Positions 1 through 10,778 of a stretch of DNA of 58,937 nucleotides are shown piece by piece (position 1 is the stretch's first letter; every line of letters starts with the position of its first letter). The notes under the pieces are model-generated. The model was not told where the DNA came from, made no database searches, and saw nothing but the letters and a program-made list of their open reading frames with translations. The position numbers and the translations under genes are program-made. Origin of the DNA: a bacterium (GTDB lineage: Bacteria; Patescibacteriota; Patescibacteriia; JAHIZJ01); assembly GCA_030699685.1 (NCBI GenBank), contig JAUYLJ010000016.1:1-58937 (forward strand). The letters are read 5' to 3'.

Positions 1-10
1 CGACGTCACC

Positions 11-406
11 ATGTTCAAAAAGGTTAATGCGTTCAGTAGTTTTTCGGTTAACGATCTAGAGCAGGCGAAAAAATTCTATCAAGAAGTACTGGAACTGGAG
101 GTGCAGGAAGAGAAAGGAATGGGATTGAATCTGGATTTACCCGGGGGAGGAAAAGCGTTTCTCTATCCAAAAACGAATCATCAGCCAGCAACATATACGG
201 TGCTGAACTTTGTTGTGGAAGATATTGACGCTGCCGTTGACGGACTGACCGAGCGAGGGGTGCGTTTCGAACACTACGAAGGAGAGTTAGAGACGGATGC
301 GAAAGGAATTACCAGAAGCAAATCTCCGCAAGACGGCCCGAGCATTGCCTGGTTTACAGACCCGTCCGGAAATATCCTTTCCGTTCTGCAGAATGAAAAA
401 AAGTAA
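11..406 (+). CDS. VOC (glyoxalase/bleomycin resistance) family protein
   Basis: 131 aa; [21 protein letters not shown] and [12 protein letters not shown] motifs are typical of the VOC fold. Confidence 0.9.
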   Translation: MFKKVNAFSSFSVNDLEQAKKFYQEVLELEVQEEKGMGLNLDLPGGGKAFLYPKTNHQPATYTVLNFVVEDIDAAVDGLTERGVRFEHYEGELETDAKGITRSKSPQDGPSIAWFTDPSGNILSVLQNEKK

Positions 407-724
407 GAAAGTGAAAAAACCTGCAGCCGCGGGCATGTTTTTTATAAAAACAGCGACTGTCCTGTCTGTCCCCAATGCTGGAGCGGATATTATTGCCAGA
501 AGCGTCAGGGTGGTTTTCCAAACTCACTCTCGGCTCCAGCGCTCCGCGCCTTGTTAAACGCGAAGATTTTTAACCTTTCGCAATTGGCAAAACATTCAGA
601 GCGCGAAATCATTGATCTGCACGGCATGGGGCCAAGTTCTATTCCAATACTTCGTGCGGCATTGAAAAAGAAACAATTATTTTTAAAAAATCATCATGAA
701 AAAGCAATCAGTAGGATATGTTGA
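393..724 (+). pseudogene. Frameshifted small protein: CxxGH/CPxCP Zn-like N-terminus plus RNA polymerase alpha-CTD-like HhH domain
   Basis: The frame at 419-724 reads TCSRGHVFYKNSDCPVCPQC...LSAPALRALLNAKIFNLSQLAKHSEREIIDLHGMGPSSIPILRAAL. The start codons (ATG 393, GTG 411) are one base out of frame across the A6 run at 414-419. Absent from the ORF track. Confidence 0.7.
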
Positions 725-1082
725 CGGGTTTGTCTTCGTGGTTCCAAAAAAGAATTTGGCCGCGTATAAGAAGATGGCCAGCGATGGAGGAAAGGTATGG
801 ATGAAAAATGGCGCGCTGTCCTATAAGGAGTGTATGATTGATGATGCGCATCCGCAGCATGCCATCCTGACATTCCCGAAACTGACAAAGAAAAAACCGA
901 GTGAAACCGTCTGGTTTTCCTACATTGAATACCGATCAAAAAGCCATCGAGATCAGGTAAACGCCAAAGTCATGAAAGACCCGATGATGGATCCGTATAA
1001 CCCGAAGAATAAGGGGATGGCAATGCCGTTTGACGAGAAGCGTATGGCGTATGGCGGGTTTAAGGTAATTGTCAATGCGTAA
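696..1082 (+). CDS. DUF1428 (YbaA-like) protein
   Basis: YVDGFV..VP, HRDQVNAKVMKDP and MPFDEKRMAYGGF motifs. Confidence 0.9.
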   Translation: MKKQSVGYVDGFVFVVPKKNLAAYKKMASDGGKVWMKNGALSYKECMIDDAHPQHAILTFPKLTKKKPSETVWFSYIEYRSKSHRDQVNAKVMKDPMMDPYNPKNKGMAMPFDEKRMAYGGFKVIVNA

Positions 1083-1219
1083 GTGTGCCACAATCAACAA
1101 AATGCAACACACCGAGAAAAATATCTAAAGTCTGCCTGGGGCAAAAGATATATTAAAACACGAATTAAGAATTATTTAGCCAGTGAGGTCAGTTAATTTA
1201 TCATTATCTAAAGAGGTAA

Positions 1220-1672
1220 ATGCAAAAACTTCACTATTCCATAACGATCAACGCTCCAAAAGAAAAAGTTTGGCATACAATGCTGGATGACGCGACGTAC
1301 CGGCAATGGACGGCGGCGTTCAATCCGGGTTCGTATTACAAGGGAAGCTGGGAAGAAGGATCGAAAATTGTGTTTCTCGGTCCGGATCCAAGAACAGGCA
1401 AAGAGGGCGGCATGGTCAGCCGCATTGCCGAGAACCGGCCCTATGATTTTATTTCCATCCAGCATGTCGGGATCATTCAGGATGGTGTTGAGGATACAAG
1501 CAGCGACGAAGCTAAGAAGTGGACGCCGGCATTTGAAAATTACACCTTTAACGAAAAGAACGGCATGACTGAGGTGGCGGTAGATATGGATTCCGCGGAA
1601 AGCATGGCCGATGAGTTCTCACGAATGTGGCCGGAAGCCTTGAAAAGGCTCAAGGAGCTCGCAGAGAAATAG
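1220..1672 (+). CDS. SRPBCC/AHSA1-like domain protein
   Basis: SITINAPKEKVW at the N-terminus and WPEALKRLKELAE C-terminal helix. Confidence 0.9.
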   Translation: MQKLHYSITINAPKEKVWHTMLDDATYRQWTAAFNPGSYYKGSWEEGSKIVFLGPDPRTGKEGGMVSRIAENRPYDFISIQHVGIIQDGVEDTSSDEAKKWTPAFENYTFNEKNGMTEVAVDMDSAESMADEFSRMWPEALKRLKELAEK

Positions 1673-1675
1673 CAA

Positions 1676-1790
1676 CCGCAAAGAACACGTCCAATTCCCG
1701 TACGACAAGCCGCTGCCAAAAGCGCTTACCCAAAGATTGCCGCATATCGTGCAACGGACGCGCGGGAGAATGGCGCTTCGTGGATAGGGC
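1676..1790 (+). pseudogene. Decayed C-terminal fragment of a DUF1801-type gene
   Basis: With two single-base gaps it reads QFPYDKPLPKAL..KIAAYRATDARENGASW, resembling DUF1801 C-termini; no start codon. Confidence 0.55.
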
Positions 1791-1815
1791 AGAAATAATC
1801 ACTAAGCCGATTCCT

Positions 1816-2406
1816 ATGCGAAAAATAATCGTACTCTCCTTCATCACCCTTGATGGCGTTATGCAGGCGCCGGGCGGACCGGAAGAAGACACCTTCGGCG
1901 GTTTCCGGTATGGCGGCTGGACAGTCCCGTACTTTGATGAATTTTCAGGCAAGGTGATGGGTGAGCAGATGAGCAAGACCGCGGCACTGCTTCTTGGGCG
2001 AAAAACGTATGACATTTTCGCTGGGTATTGGCCGGAACACGAAGACTCCTGGCCAGGAATCAATGACGTGCCGAAATACGTCGTTTCCACTACATTGGTA
2101 AATCCTGAATGGGAAAATTCGATAGCCCTCAAAGATATTGAAGATGTGAAAAGGCTCAAACAGAGCAATGGTCCTGATCTGCAAGTACACGGCAGCAGCG
2201 TATTGATCCAGTCCTTGCTCAAAGCTGATGTAGTTGACGAGCTTTGGCTGAAGTTTTTTCCAATCACCTTGGGGGTAGGCAAACGCTTGTTCGGGGAAGG
2301 TGTTATTCCGGTGGCGTTCAAACTGATCGAAAGCCAGGTTGCACCGAGTGGTGTTATTTTTGCCAACTATGCACGGTCAGGCGAGGTAAAGACCGGATCC
2401 TTTTAG
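1816..2406 (+). CDS. Dihydrofolate reductase/RibD C-terminal-like protein
   Basis: [33 protein letters not shown] and LGVGKRLF motifs; start moved to ATG 1816. Confidence 0.9.
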   Translation: MRKIIVLSFITLDGVMQAPGGPEEDTFGGFRYGGWTVPYFDEFSGKVMGEQMSKTAALLLGRKTYDIFAGYWPEHEDSWPGINDVPKYVVSTTLVNPEWENSIALKDIEDVKRLKQSNGPDLQVHGSSVLIQSLLKADVVDELWLKFFPITLGVGKRLFGEGVIPVAFKLIESQVAPSGVIFANYARSGEVKTGSF

Positions 2407-2411
2407 TGCCT

Positions 2412-2786
2412 ATGCAAAAAGCCTTAAAAGCTACGACGAAAAAACATCCCATTTACTCCATGGCTTTTGCCAGCGTGTATCCGCATTATATTACAAAAGC
2501 GGAGAAAAAAGGCCGCACGAAAAAAGAAGTAGCCGAAATCATCCGCTGGCTGACCGGATACAGCCAGAAAAAACTGGAAGCCCAACTGAAAAAAGGAACG
2601 GACTTTGCAAGCTTTTTCAAAAACGCCCCGAAGTTGAACCCGTCCCGAAAGTTGATCACCGGCGTGATTTGCGGCGTTCGTGTGGAAAACATTAAAGAGC
2701 CGACGATGCGGGAGATCAGATATTTGGATAAGTTGATTGACGAGCTGGCCAAAGGAAAAGCAATGGAGAAAATTTTGCGGAATTAG
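2412..2786 (+). CDS. DUF2200 family protein
   Basis: [28 protein letters not shown] and [15 protein letters not shown] motifs; ATG 2412. Confidence 0.9.
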   Translation: MQKALKATTKKHPIYSMAFASVYPHYITKAEKKGRTKKEVAEIIRWLTGYSQKKLEAQLKKGTDFASFFKNAPKLNPSRKLITGVICGVRVENIKEPTMREIRYLDKLIDELAKGKAMEKILRN

Positions 2787-2798
2787 TATACTTCTTCT

Positions 2799-3110
2799 AT
2801 GTCAAAAAAAATATCAAGAGGCGTTGTTCACGATATTCCCGCTGATTTGCGTGACGCTCTTACTTCCGACGCAAAAGCCCTCGCACTTTGGGAGGATCTT
2901 ACACCGCTTGCACGTAATGAGTGGATTTGCTGGGTTACCTTTGTCAAAAAAGAGGAAACAAGAAACGATCATGTTCGAAGGGTTGTGAGCGAGCTGAAGG
3001 AAGGGATGCGCCGGCCATGTTGCTGGATAGGTTGTATTCACCGGAAGGATAAAGCGGTGAGCCCTTCAGTAAAGGCTCTGGTACTTGATAAACAGCGTAG
3101 GTCAAAATAA
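2799..3110 (+). CDS. YdeI/OmpD-associated family protein
   Basis: PADLRDAL...WEDLTPLARNEWICWV...RRPCCWIGCIHR. Confidence 0.85.
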   Translation: MSKKISRGVVHDIPADLRDALTSDAKALALWEDLTPLARNEWICWVTFVKKEETRNDHVRRVVSELKEGMRRPCCWIGCIHRKDKAVSPSVKALVLDKQRRSK

Positions 3111-3111
3111 C

Positions 3112-3483
3112 ATGAATGTAAAAACCGTTAGCCAATATATAGCGAGCTTCTCTAAAGAACACCAAACAATGATGAAACAGATTCGCTCGGCAATTCGCAG
3201 TGCCGCGCCGAGGGCTGTTGAGAAAATCAGCTACAAGATTCCATTTTACGAGTACAAGAGTCCCGGACGAAAAGGCCGTCTTACCTATTTTGGCGCGTTC
3301 AAAAACCACGTGAGCATCTTCGCCTGGGGTAAAGAAGTCAACAAGTTTCCAGAGCTGAAACAATACCAAACATCAAAAGGGACGCTGAAATTTCCGCTTG
3401 GGACTAAGATTCCAGTCGCGCTCGTAAAAAAGGTGGTGAAAGCGCGGATGAAGGAACTCGACAAAGCTACTAAGCAAGCATAA
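3112..3483 (+). CDS. DUF1801 (YdhG-like) protein
   Basis: TVSQYIA, EKISYKIP, FGAFKNH and KGTLKFPL motifs; ATG 3112. Confidence 0.85.
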   Translation: MNVKTVSQYIASFSKEHQTMMKQIRSAIRSAAPRAVEKISYKIPFYEYKSPGRKGRLTYFGAFKNHVSIFAWGKEVNKFPELKQYQTSKGTLKFPLGTKIPVALVKKVVKARMKELDKATKQA

Positions 3484-3504
3484 TAAACAGTAACATATAC
3501 AAGC

Positions 3505-3918
3505 ATGACTCAACTGAACCCATATCTTACATTCAACGGTAACGCTCGCGAGGCTGTGGAGTTTTACAAAGAATGTTTCGGCGGGGATCTCACAATTCAA
3601 ACGGTGGGTGAGTCGCCAATGGCTGACCAAATGCCCGATATGAAAAACCAAGTGATGCACGCCGATCTCAAAAAAGACGGTCAGACGCTCCTATTTGCGT
3701 CGGACATGGTGGGGGAAAGCAAATTGGTTTCAGGGAACTCTGTCACGCTTTGTATCAATTGCTCCAGTGACGAAGAGATAAAAGGACTTTTTGACAAGCT
3801 TTCGAAGGGAGGAACTGTTTCGCATGAGCTCAAAGAGGAATTCTGGGGCGACACCTACGGTGATTTTACCGACAAATTCGGGGTGCGCTGGATGCTAAAT
3901 TATCACAAGGCCCAATAA
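3505..3918 (+). CDS. VOC family, PhnB/YjdN-like protein
   Basis: LNPYLTFNGNAREAVEFY, VMHADL and FWGDTYGDFTDKFGVRW motifs. Confidence 0.9.
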   Translation: MTQLNPYLTFNGNAREAVEFYKECFGGDLTIQTVGESPMADQMPDMKNQVMHADLKKDGQTLLFASDMVGESKLVSGNSVTLCINCSSDEEIKGLFDKLSKGGTVSHELKEEFWGDTYGDFTDKFGVRWMLNYHKAQ

Positions 3919-4017
3919 CTGAGGCTTTATTTGGATATGAACACGTCTCTCATGGGCGAGGTGCTCGGTTTTATGGTATTGTGATTGTACGATAATATAC
4001 AACAGGGAGAAAGCGCT

Positions 4018-4410
4018 ATGCCAAACAGAGTGGTTCACTTCGAAATTCACGCCAATGATCCGGAGAGGGCGATAAAATTTTATTCCGAGGTATTCGGCTG
4101 GGAATTCCCTGAGTGGATGCCGGGATACTGGGGAGTGATGACCGCGCCGCAGGATAGTAAGGAGGCGGGTATTAATGGCGGATTACTGCCTCGGAAAACC
4201 GATAAACCAAAAGACAGCCAGCTGGTAAATGCCTTTGTCTGCACTGTTGAGGTTAAAAATATAGACGAAACGATCAAGAAGATTGAGGCGGCTGGAGGAG
4301 CGCTCGCCCTGGCCAAACACGCAATTGAAAAAATTGCCTGGCAGGCCTACTACAAGGATACCGAGGGAAATGTCTTCGGCATTCATCAGCCTGACGAAAA
4401 AGCGAAATAG
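4018..4410 (+). CDS. VOC family protein
   Basis: RVVHFEI, GINGGL and AYYKDTEGNVFG motifs; ATG 4018 preceded by GGGAG. Confidence 0.9.
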   Translation: MPNRVVHFEIHANDPERAIKFYSEVFGWEFPEWMPGYWGVMTAPQDSKEAGINGGLLPRKTDKPKDSQLVNAFVCTVEVKNIDETIKKIEAAGGALALAKHAIEKIAWQAYYKDTEGNVFGIHQPDEKAK

Positions 4411-4412
4411 AC

Positions 4413-4808
4413 ATGAATTTGCCAGCTGCCGGAAATTTTCAAGTATCGGTCAAAGGTCTTCACTTCAACGATGAAGGAAGGCTGTTAATGATGCGAGAGA
4501 AAGAAGGGGTTTGGGAGTTGCCGGGCGGCCGGGCGCAAAAGGGCGAAAACCTCATCGAGTGCTTGATTCGCGAATGCCGTGAGGAAACGAGCCTTCATTG
4601 CGAAGTGTTAGAACAACAACCCTCAATCGTGTTTTCAGCCGTTGATCAGAACGGCCGGCCCCGTCTTATGGTGTTTTACGCCATCAACTTCGAGCATCTG
4701 GATTTTACCCCTTCAGACGAATGCGTGGAAATGCGTTTTTTCGACAAGAAGGAAATACGGAAACTCCCTACAAATCCGCAAGTCGCCATGCTGGTTCAAT
4801 TCTTGTAA
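4413..4808 (+). CDS. NUDIX hydrolase
   Basis: Nudix box WELPGGRAQKGENLIECLIRECREETSL. Confidence 0.9.
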   Translation: MNLPAAGNFQVSVKGLHFNDEGRLLMMREKEGVWELPGGRAQKGENLIECLIRECREETSLHCEVLEQQPSIVFSAVDQNGRPRLMVFYAINFEHLDFTPSDECVEMRFFDKKEIRKLPTNPQVAMLVQFL

Positions 4809-4826
4809 ATCTTCCATGGTATTATT

Positions 4827-5330
4827 ATGACCCACTATACTAATAGGTTGATTATTTTGCGAGGAAATTCCGGTTCGGGAAAAAGCACTATCGCGAAAAA
4901 GTTACGAGAACGAAGTACGCGCAAAATTGCCATCGTCGAACAAGACTATCTGCGCCGGTTTATCCTCAAGGAAAAAGAAGTTGATGATGGCGACAATCTT
5001 GAGCTGATACGACAGACAGTGGAGTTTGCGCTTGGCAGGAATTATCATGTTATCCTGGAAGGGATACTCGGCGCCCGAAGATATCGAAAAATGTTGATGG
5101 GCTTGATCAACCAGTGTCCAAAACATTTCGTGTATTATTTTGACGTTTCCTTTAAAGAGTCTCTCAAAAGACACGCCACCAAACTGAACGCGAGCGATTT
5201 TGGCGCGGCGGAAATGAGATCTTGGTATACTAGGCACGACAAACTGGGTTTGAAGGAAGAGCGGATCATCCCTGAGAAAAATACCGTTGCAGATACCGTA
5301 AAAAAAATTCTTCAGGACACGGGTTTATAA
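4827..5330 (+). CDS. P-loop (AAA_33-like) small-molecule kinase
   Basis: Walker A GNSGSGKST followed by QDYLRR and VILEG. Confidence 0.8.
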   Translation: MTHYTNRLIILRGNSGSGKSTIAKKLRERSTRKIAIVEQDYLRRFILKEKEVDDGDNLELIRQTVEFALGRNYHVILEGILGARRYRKMLMGLINQCPKHFVYYFDVSFKESLKRHATKLNASDFGAAEMRSWYTRHDKLGLKEERIIPEKNTVADTVKKILQDTGL

Positions 5331-5528
5331 AACAGTAGTTCGACTGGCGCATCTTTAGACTCGATCATACTATAGCGCCAGCACTTTACTCGACACCGGC
5401 TTTTAGTTGGTACACATTGGACCCTGACAGTACTCCATAGCGAGTTTGAAGAAAACGGGGCGGGTTTTAGTTTAGTAGTATTGTGATGTATACTATAGTA
5501 TTGACAAATTCGTAAACGAAAGGAAATC

Positions 5529-5975
5529 ATGAAAGGATACATCACCAATATTGAAAAGGCCACGGAAGAAAACACGGACTACCGCCGAGTGCTTTTTACC
5601 TCCCACTACAGCCAGCTGGTACTGATGTGCATCAAGCCTGGCGATGAAATTGGTTCAGAGATACACGGTTTGGATCAGTTTATCCGTTTTGAGCAGGGCG
5701 AGGGTAAAGTCGTGCTGGATGGAGAAGAGGCGCCCATCAAGGCTGATGACGCGGTGGTGATTCCAGCGGGTATCAAGCATAACGTAATGAATACTTCCAA
5801 GACGCAGGAGCTGAAGCTCTACTCGATTTATTCGCCGCCCGAGCATGCTCACGGCACAGTGCATGGTACCAAGGCTGAAGAAAAGGAGGAACACTTCGAC
5901 GGTATGACCAGTCCAGGCGCCTCAGGCGGGGGGGCCTTGACAAAACCAAGGGCTAATGATAGTATGGGGCTGTAA
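5529..5975 (+). CDS. Cupin domain protein
   Basis: QLVLM..PG.EIG.E.H..DQF, IPAG..HNV.N and LYSIYSPPEH motifs. Confidence 0.9.
   Translation: MKGYITNIEKATEENTDYRRVLFTSHYSQLVLMCIKPGDEIGSEIHGLDQFIRFEQGEGKVVLDGEEAPIKADDAVVIPAGIKHNVMNTSKTQELKLYSIYSPPEHAHGTVHGTKAEEKEEHFDGMTSPGASGGGALTKPRANDSMGL
5937..5965 (+). promoter_or_regulatory. sigma70-type promoter of the RRM gene
   Basis: TTGACA(5937)-17 nt-TAGTAT(5960). Confidence 0.6.
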
Positions 5976-6060
5976 GTTTCTTGTTTTCCTTACTACGGTA
6001 TGTAAGCCGAAGTGGAAACGAGTCAGACAGGCTTACGTATCTAAGCAGTAAGTAGCACGT

Positions 6061-6330
6061 ATGGCAAAACGATTGTACGTCGGCAACCTGTCGTATAGCA
6101 CGACAGATGACTCGCTCAAAGAAGCGTTTGGTCAAGCCGGCACTGTCGAATCGGCTACGATCATCATGGATAAGATGACCGGCCGGTCCAAGGGTTTTGG
6201 TTTCGTCGAAATGTCGACGGATGAAGAAGCCCAAAAGGCAATCGAAATGTACGACGGCAAGGACCTCGATGGTCGGACGGTGAAGGTGAATGAAGCCCGC
6301 CCGATGGAAGAGAGAGCCCCCCGCGAATAA
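6061..6330 (+). CDS. RRM-domain RNA-binding protein (Rbp-like)
   Basis: RNP2 LYVGNL and RNP1 KGFGFVEM. Confidence 0.95.
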   Translation: MAKRLYVGNLSYSTTDDSLKEAFGQAGTVESATIIMDKMTGRSKGFGFVEMSTDEEAQKAIEMYDGKDLDGRTVKVNEARPMEERAPRE

Positions 6331-6344
6331 CATTCGACGACAAC

Positions 6345-6377
6345 AGAAGAGGTTCCGCTGAAAAGCGGAGCTTCTTT
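6345..6377 (+). terminator. Intrinsic terminator after the RRM gene
   Basis: Hairpin GGTTCCGCT-GAAA-AGCGGAGCT followed by TCTTT. Confidence 0.55.
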
Positions 6378-6393
6378 GTATTCGGAAGAAGTG

Positions 6394-6546
6394 ATACACA
6401 ACAAATCCGCCCAAAGGTGTTAGTATAATTCTCATCCTGAACCTGCCTGCCGGTAGGCAGGCTGGATTCAGGATCCCGTTTGGTTGCGTAACGGGATACC
6501 GGATCAAGTCCGGTATGACAAAAGCGGTGGCGGATTTGTTGTGTAT
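6394..6546. repeat. Nested palindromic element
   Basis: 18-bp perfect inverted repeat (6394-6411/6529-6546) around a branched element (6432-6519). Its first loop holds the 20-nt palindrome CCTGCCTGCCGGTAGGCAGG (6442-6461). Confidence 0.8.
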
Positions 6547-6562
6547 TGTTTCTATGGATGCC

Positions 6563-6587
6563 AAAAAACCGTCTCTAAAGACGGTTT
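6563..6587 (-). terminator. Intrinsic terminator of the 16S transcript
   Basis: Minus-strand stem AAACCGTCT/AGACGGTTT running into a T6 tract, just past the trailer helix. Confidence 0.65.
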
Positions 6588-6700
6588 GTCTTTGACGCTC
6601 GAAAGTGACGAGGAAGGCAGATTCCAGTATTGTCGCAGAAGCGCCAACACTGGACGACCATACGGAATACGTGTGAGCACGCTTCCGTAATACTCCCTAG

Positions 6701-8190
<1,490 letters not shown>

Positions 8191-8609
8191 AATGAGAATC
8201 GATAATCACTTGTGGCAATTACCGACATCCCATTCGACTCAAACAAACGATGTTTGTCTGAGGTTTGAGAATCCATTCGTTAGAATGTCTTCTCGATTTG
8301 TTCTGTAAGCCGATCTGTAGAAAACAGATGCAAGCTCACAGTCTGAATTCACGTTGAGCCTTTCTCGTCACTATTCGAATGTCAAAAAGCTTTTTCTTCT
8401 ACTGGTGAAGCTCTCTCGATGTTGTTCGAGGCCTTCGGGAAGAAAAAACAGTGATCCCCGATAATTCAGAAACCGCTGTTTTTTCTTCTTCGTAAGGAAA
8501 GAACTTTGTTGAAAAGACTGATATGTTGCCGAATCCGTCTCCTCGAAAGGGTTACTTTTTAGCTTGTTTTTTGTATTTTTGGCGTGCACAGCTTGTCCAC
8601 ACCACATGT

Positions 8610-8638
8610 ACTATACGGTATTGCAGAAACAGTGTCAA
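8610..8638 (-). promoter_or_regulatory. rRNA promoter
   Basis: Minus strand TTGACA(8638-8633)-17 nt-TATAGT(8615-8610). Confidence 0.75.
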
Positions 8639-8642
8639 GGGA

Positions 8643-9935
8643 TTATTCCGTTCCCAGGCTATAGCGCTGGTAGAAGACAATACCTCTGGCGGCTGTGATC
8701 AGGATAATGAGTCCTAGTCCGGCGATGATAGCCGAAAAATTGACGTAAGAAGTCAGGAATCCAATCACCAATATTGGTACTAATCCGAGGGAGTTAATGA
8801 TCGTATAGAGCCCGCCAAATACCCGCCCGCGCTCCTCGGCCGGCGTTCGTTCGTGCAAGGCCGTCTGAGCCGAGACAAGTATAAGGGGATCGGCGAATCC
8901 TGAAACGAAGGCCAGTGTGGCGATAAAACCGCGGAGGAAGGTGTCGGGAGAGATATGAAATCCGCCGTTGATCATGGCTGACTGGATATCAGGCCAGAAG
9001 GCGAGACCGAAAAGCGTCAAGCCGTCCAGCAATAGGCCCGCCGTAATCATGATGCTCTTGCTCGTCCTGTGTTTGATGCGGTTAGCGGTAATCACTCCGG
9101 CCATGGCACCGATTCCTAGGGGCAATATCAGAAGCAGGCTGATATCTTCAACATTGATTTTCAAAAAATCCTGGGCGAAGGCGGGAACAAGCGATAAAAA
9201 ACCGCGCTGAATACTGAACACTATAGCGAGTTGTAGAATAATAAAACGAATGATCCGATGAGCAAAAATAAATTTGATTCCGGAGATGAGGCGCTGCCAC
9301 ATGACACGCCAGCTGAATGCCTCCCTGAGTTTCTCCGAGTTTTTCTTCAAATGTTCCTGAAGTGGCGGGAGAAGCATGTTGAGCCCAACCGCCGATAGGT
9401 ACAAAATCATAATCATCACGAATGTCCAAATCGGGTTGGCATTCGCCAGTAGCGGGCCAGCCAAAGTGTAGCCCAGGAGAAACATGGCGTAATTCGTGAC
9501 GGAATACAGGCTGTTGGCCGTGAATAGGTGCTCTTTTGGCACGAGCGTGGGGATCGAGGCTACCTCAGCCGGGCTGAAAAACTGAGCTACCACGGCGATG
9601 GCAAAGGCGATTCCCAGCAGAACATAGGCATTGCTAATAAATAGTATCGCCACGAGGGAAATCAACAGGCGACCCAAATTGGACAAAAGTAATACCGTTT
9701 TACGATTATAGCTGTCGGCGACGACGCCGGCGAAAGCGGATAAAACGATGGGCGGGATACTGATCAGCACGATCAAAATACTGACAAAAGCGCTGGACTC
9801 AGTCAGTTCGTAAATAAGGATGACCAGGCTGAAGTTAAAAAAATTCTCTGCCAGCTTGGAGCTTACTTGCGCTCCCCAAAGCTTGAGGTAGTCGCGGTAT
9901 TGGAACAAAACAAAATATTTTTGCAATCCGGCCAT
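8643..9935 (-). CDS. MFS transporter (MFS_3/DHA3-like)
   Basis: 430 aa with about 12 hydrophobic segments; motif A-like AGVVADSYNRK and ERGRVFG. Confidence 0.9.
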   Translation of the reverse strand: MAGLQKYFVLFQYRDYLKLWGAQVSSKLAENFFNFSLVILIYELTESSAFVSILIVLISIPPIVLSAFAGVVADSYNRKTVLLLSNLGRLLISLVAILFISNAYVLLGIAFAIAVVAQFFSPAEVASIPTLVPKEHLFTANSLYSVTNYAMFLLGYTLAGPLLANANPIWTFVMIMILYLSAVGLNMLLPPLQEHLKKNSEKLREAFSWRVMWQRLISGIKFIFAHRIIRFIILQLAIVFSIQRGFLSLVPAFAQDFLKINVEDISLLLILPLGIGAMAGVITANRIKHRTSKSIMITAGLLLDGLTLFGLAFWPDIQSAMINGGFHISPDTFLRGFIATLAFVSGFADPLILVSAQTALHERTPAEERGRVFGGLYTIINSLGLVPILVIGFLTSYVNFSAIIAGLGLIILITAARGIVFYQRYSLGTE

Positions 9936-9941
9936 AATAGG

Positions 9942-10601
9942 TTATTTTTTGCGGCGATGTTGTTCTCGCCAGCGTTTGATGGCGGCGTGGTCGCCTGAAA
10001 GAAGGACAGAAGGAACTTTTTTACCCCGAAAAATTTCAGGGCGGCTGTAGTGAGGGTACTCGATGTCATCTTCACCCCGGGAAAAAGTTTCGTCGCGATT
10101 CGATTCGGCGTGTCCGAGAACGCCCGGAATAAGGCGGGTGATCGCGTCAATCACGACCAGTGCCGGAAGCTCCCCGCCCGTGAGTACATAATCGCCTATG
10201 GACAACTGTTCGTCAACTATGGAACGCACCCGTTCGTCAAAGCCTTCGTAGCGGCCGGCAATCAAAGTAACGCGCTGGTATTTGACTAGACGTTCGGCAT
10301 GGCGCTGCGTGAATGTTTTGCCTTGCGGTGTCAGCAAGATGACCCGGTGCTTTTGGTTTTTGGCTGGGGGCAAAGCCCGAATTTTTTTTAAAGCCCGATA
10401 CATTGGCTCAATTTTCAACACCATTCCGGCCCCGCCTCCATATGGCCGATCATCTACAGAACGATGAGAATCGTCGGTGTAGTCGCGCAGATCGTGGGTG
10501 ACATAGCTCGCGAGTTTTTTTTGCTGGGCGCGCTTAAGAATGCTTTCGCCGCAATATGACTCTATCAGTTCAGGAAAGATTGTGAGAATATCGAAACGCA
10601 A
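9942..10601 (-). CDS. trmD: tRNA (guanine-N1)-methyltransferase
   Basis: DDRPYGGGAGM, GRYEGFDER, SIGDYVLTGGEL and VPSVLLSGDH motifs; TTG start. Confidence 0.98.
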   Translation of the reverse strand: MRFDILTIFPELIESYCGESILKRAQQKKLASYVTHDLRDYTDDSHRSVDDRPYGGGAGMVLKIEPMYRALKKIRALPPAKNQKHRVILLTPQGKTFTQRHAERLVKYQRVTLIAGRYEGFDERVRSIVDEQLSIGDYVLTGGELPALVVIDAITRLIPGVLGHAESNRDETFSRGEDDIEYPHYSRPEIFRGKKVPSVLLSGDHAAIKRWREQHRRKK

Positions 10602-10603
10602 GA

Positions 10604-10675
10604 GTAATTCAGAATTAAGAAATAAGAATTAACAATTCTTTAACTATTCTGAATTATCAATCCCTAACTCTCAAC
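10604..10675. repeat. Degenerate heptamer tandem repeats in two opposed tracts
   Basis: AATTCAG AATTAAG AAATAAG AATTAAC followed by a complementary-type T/C-rich tract. Confidence 0.6.
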
Positions 10676-10732
10676 ACAACACAAAAACCGCTGGGGGAAT
10701 TATACCATGCCCGAGCGGCTTTTGTCCTCTCG

Positions 10733-10763
10733 CCTTCCTGACTTTTGAGAAAAGTCGGGCAGG
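10733..10763. repeat. CCT..CC/GGCAGG-ended palindrome
   Basis: CCTTCCTGACTTTT-GAG-AAAAGTCGGGCAGG; its ends resemble those of 6442-6461. Confidence 0.55.
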
Positions 10764-10778
10764 TCACGTGAGGAAATG

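Noticed and set aside
11-5330. Integron cassette array
   Set aside because: Most spacers are too short for attC, and no RYYYAAC/GTTRRRY pairs or integrase were seen
5953-6564. 203-aa minus-strand ORF containing VIPDLIRYP and ACLPAGR
   Set aside because: It is antisense to the RRM gene, and those peptides are translations of the palindromic repeats
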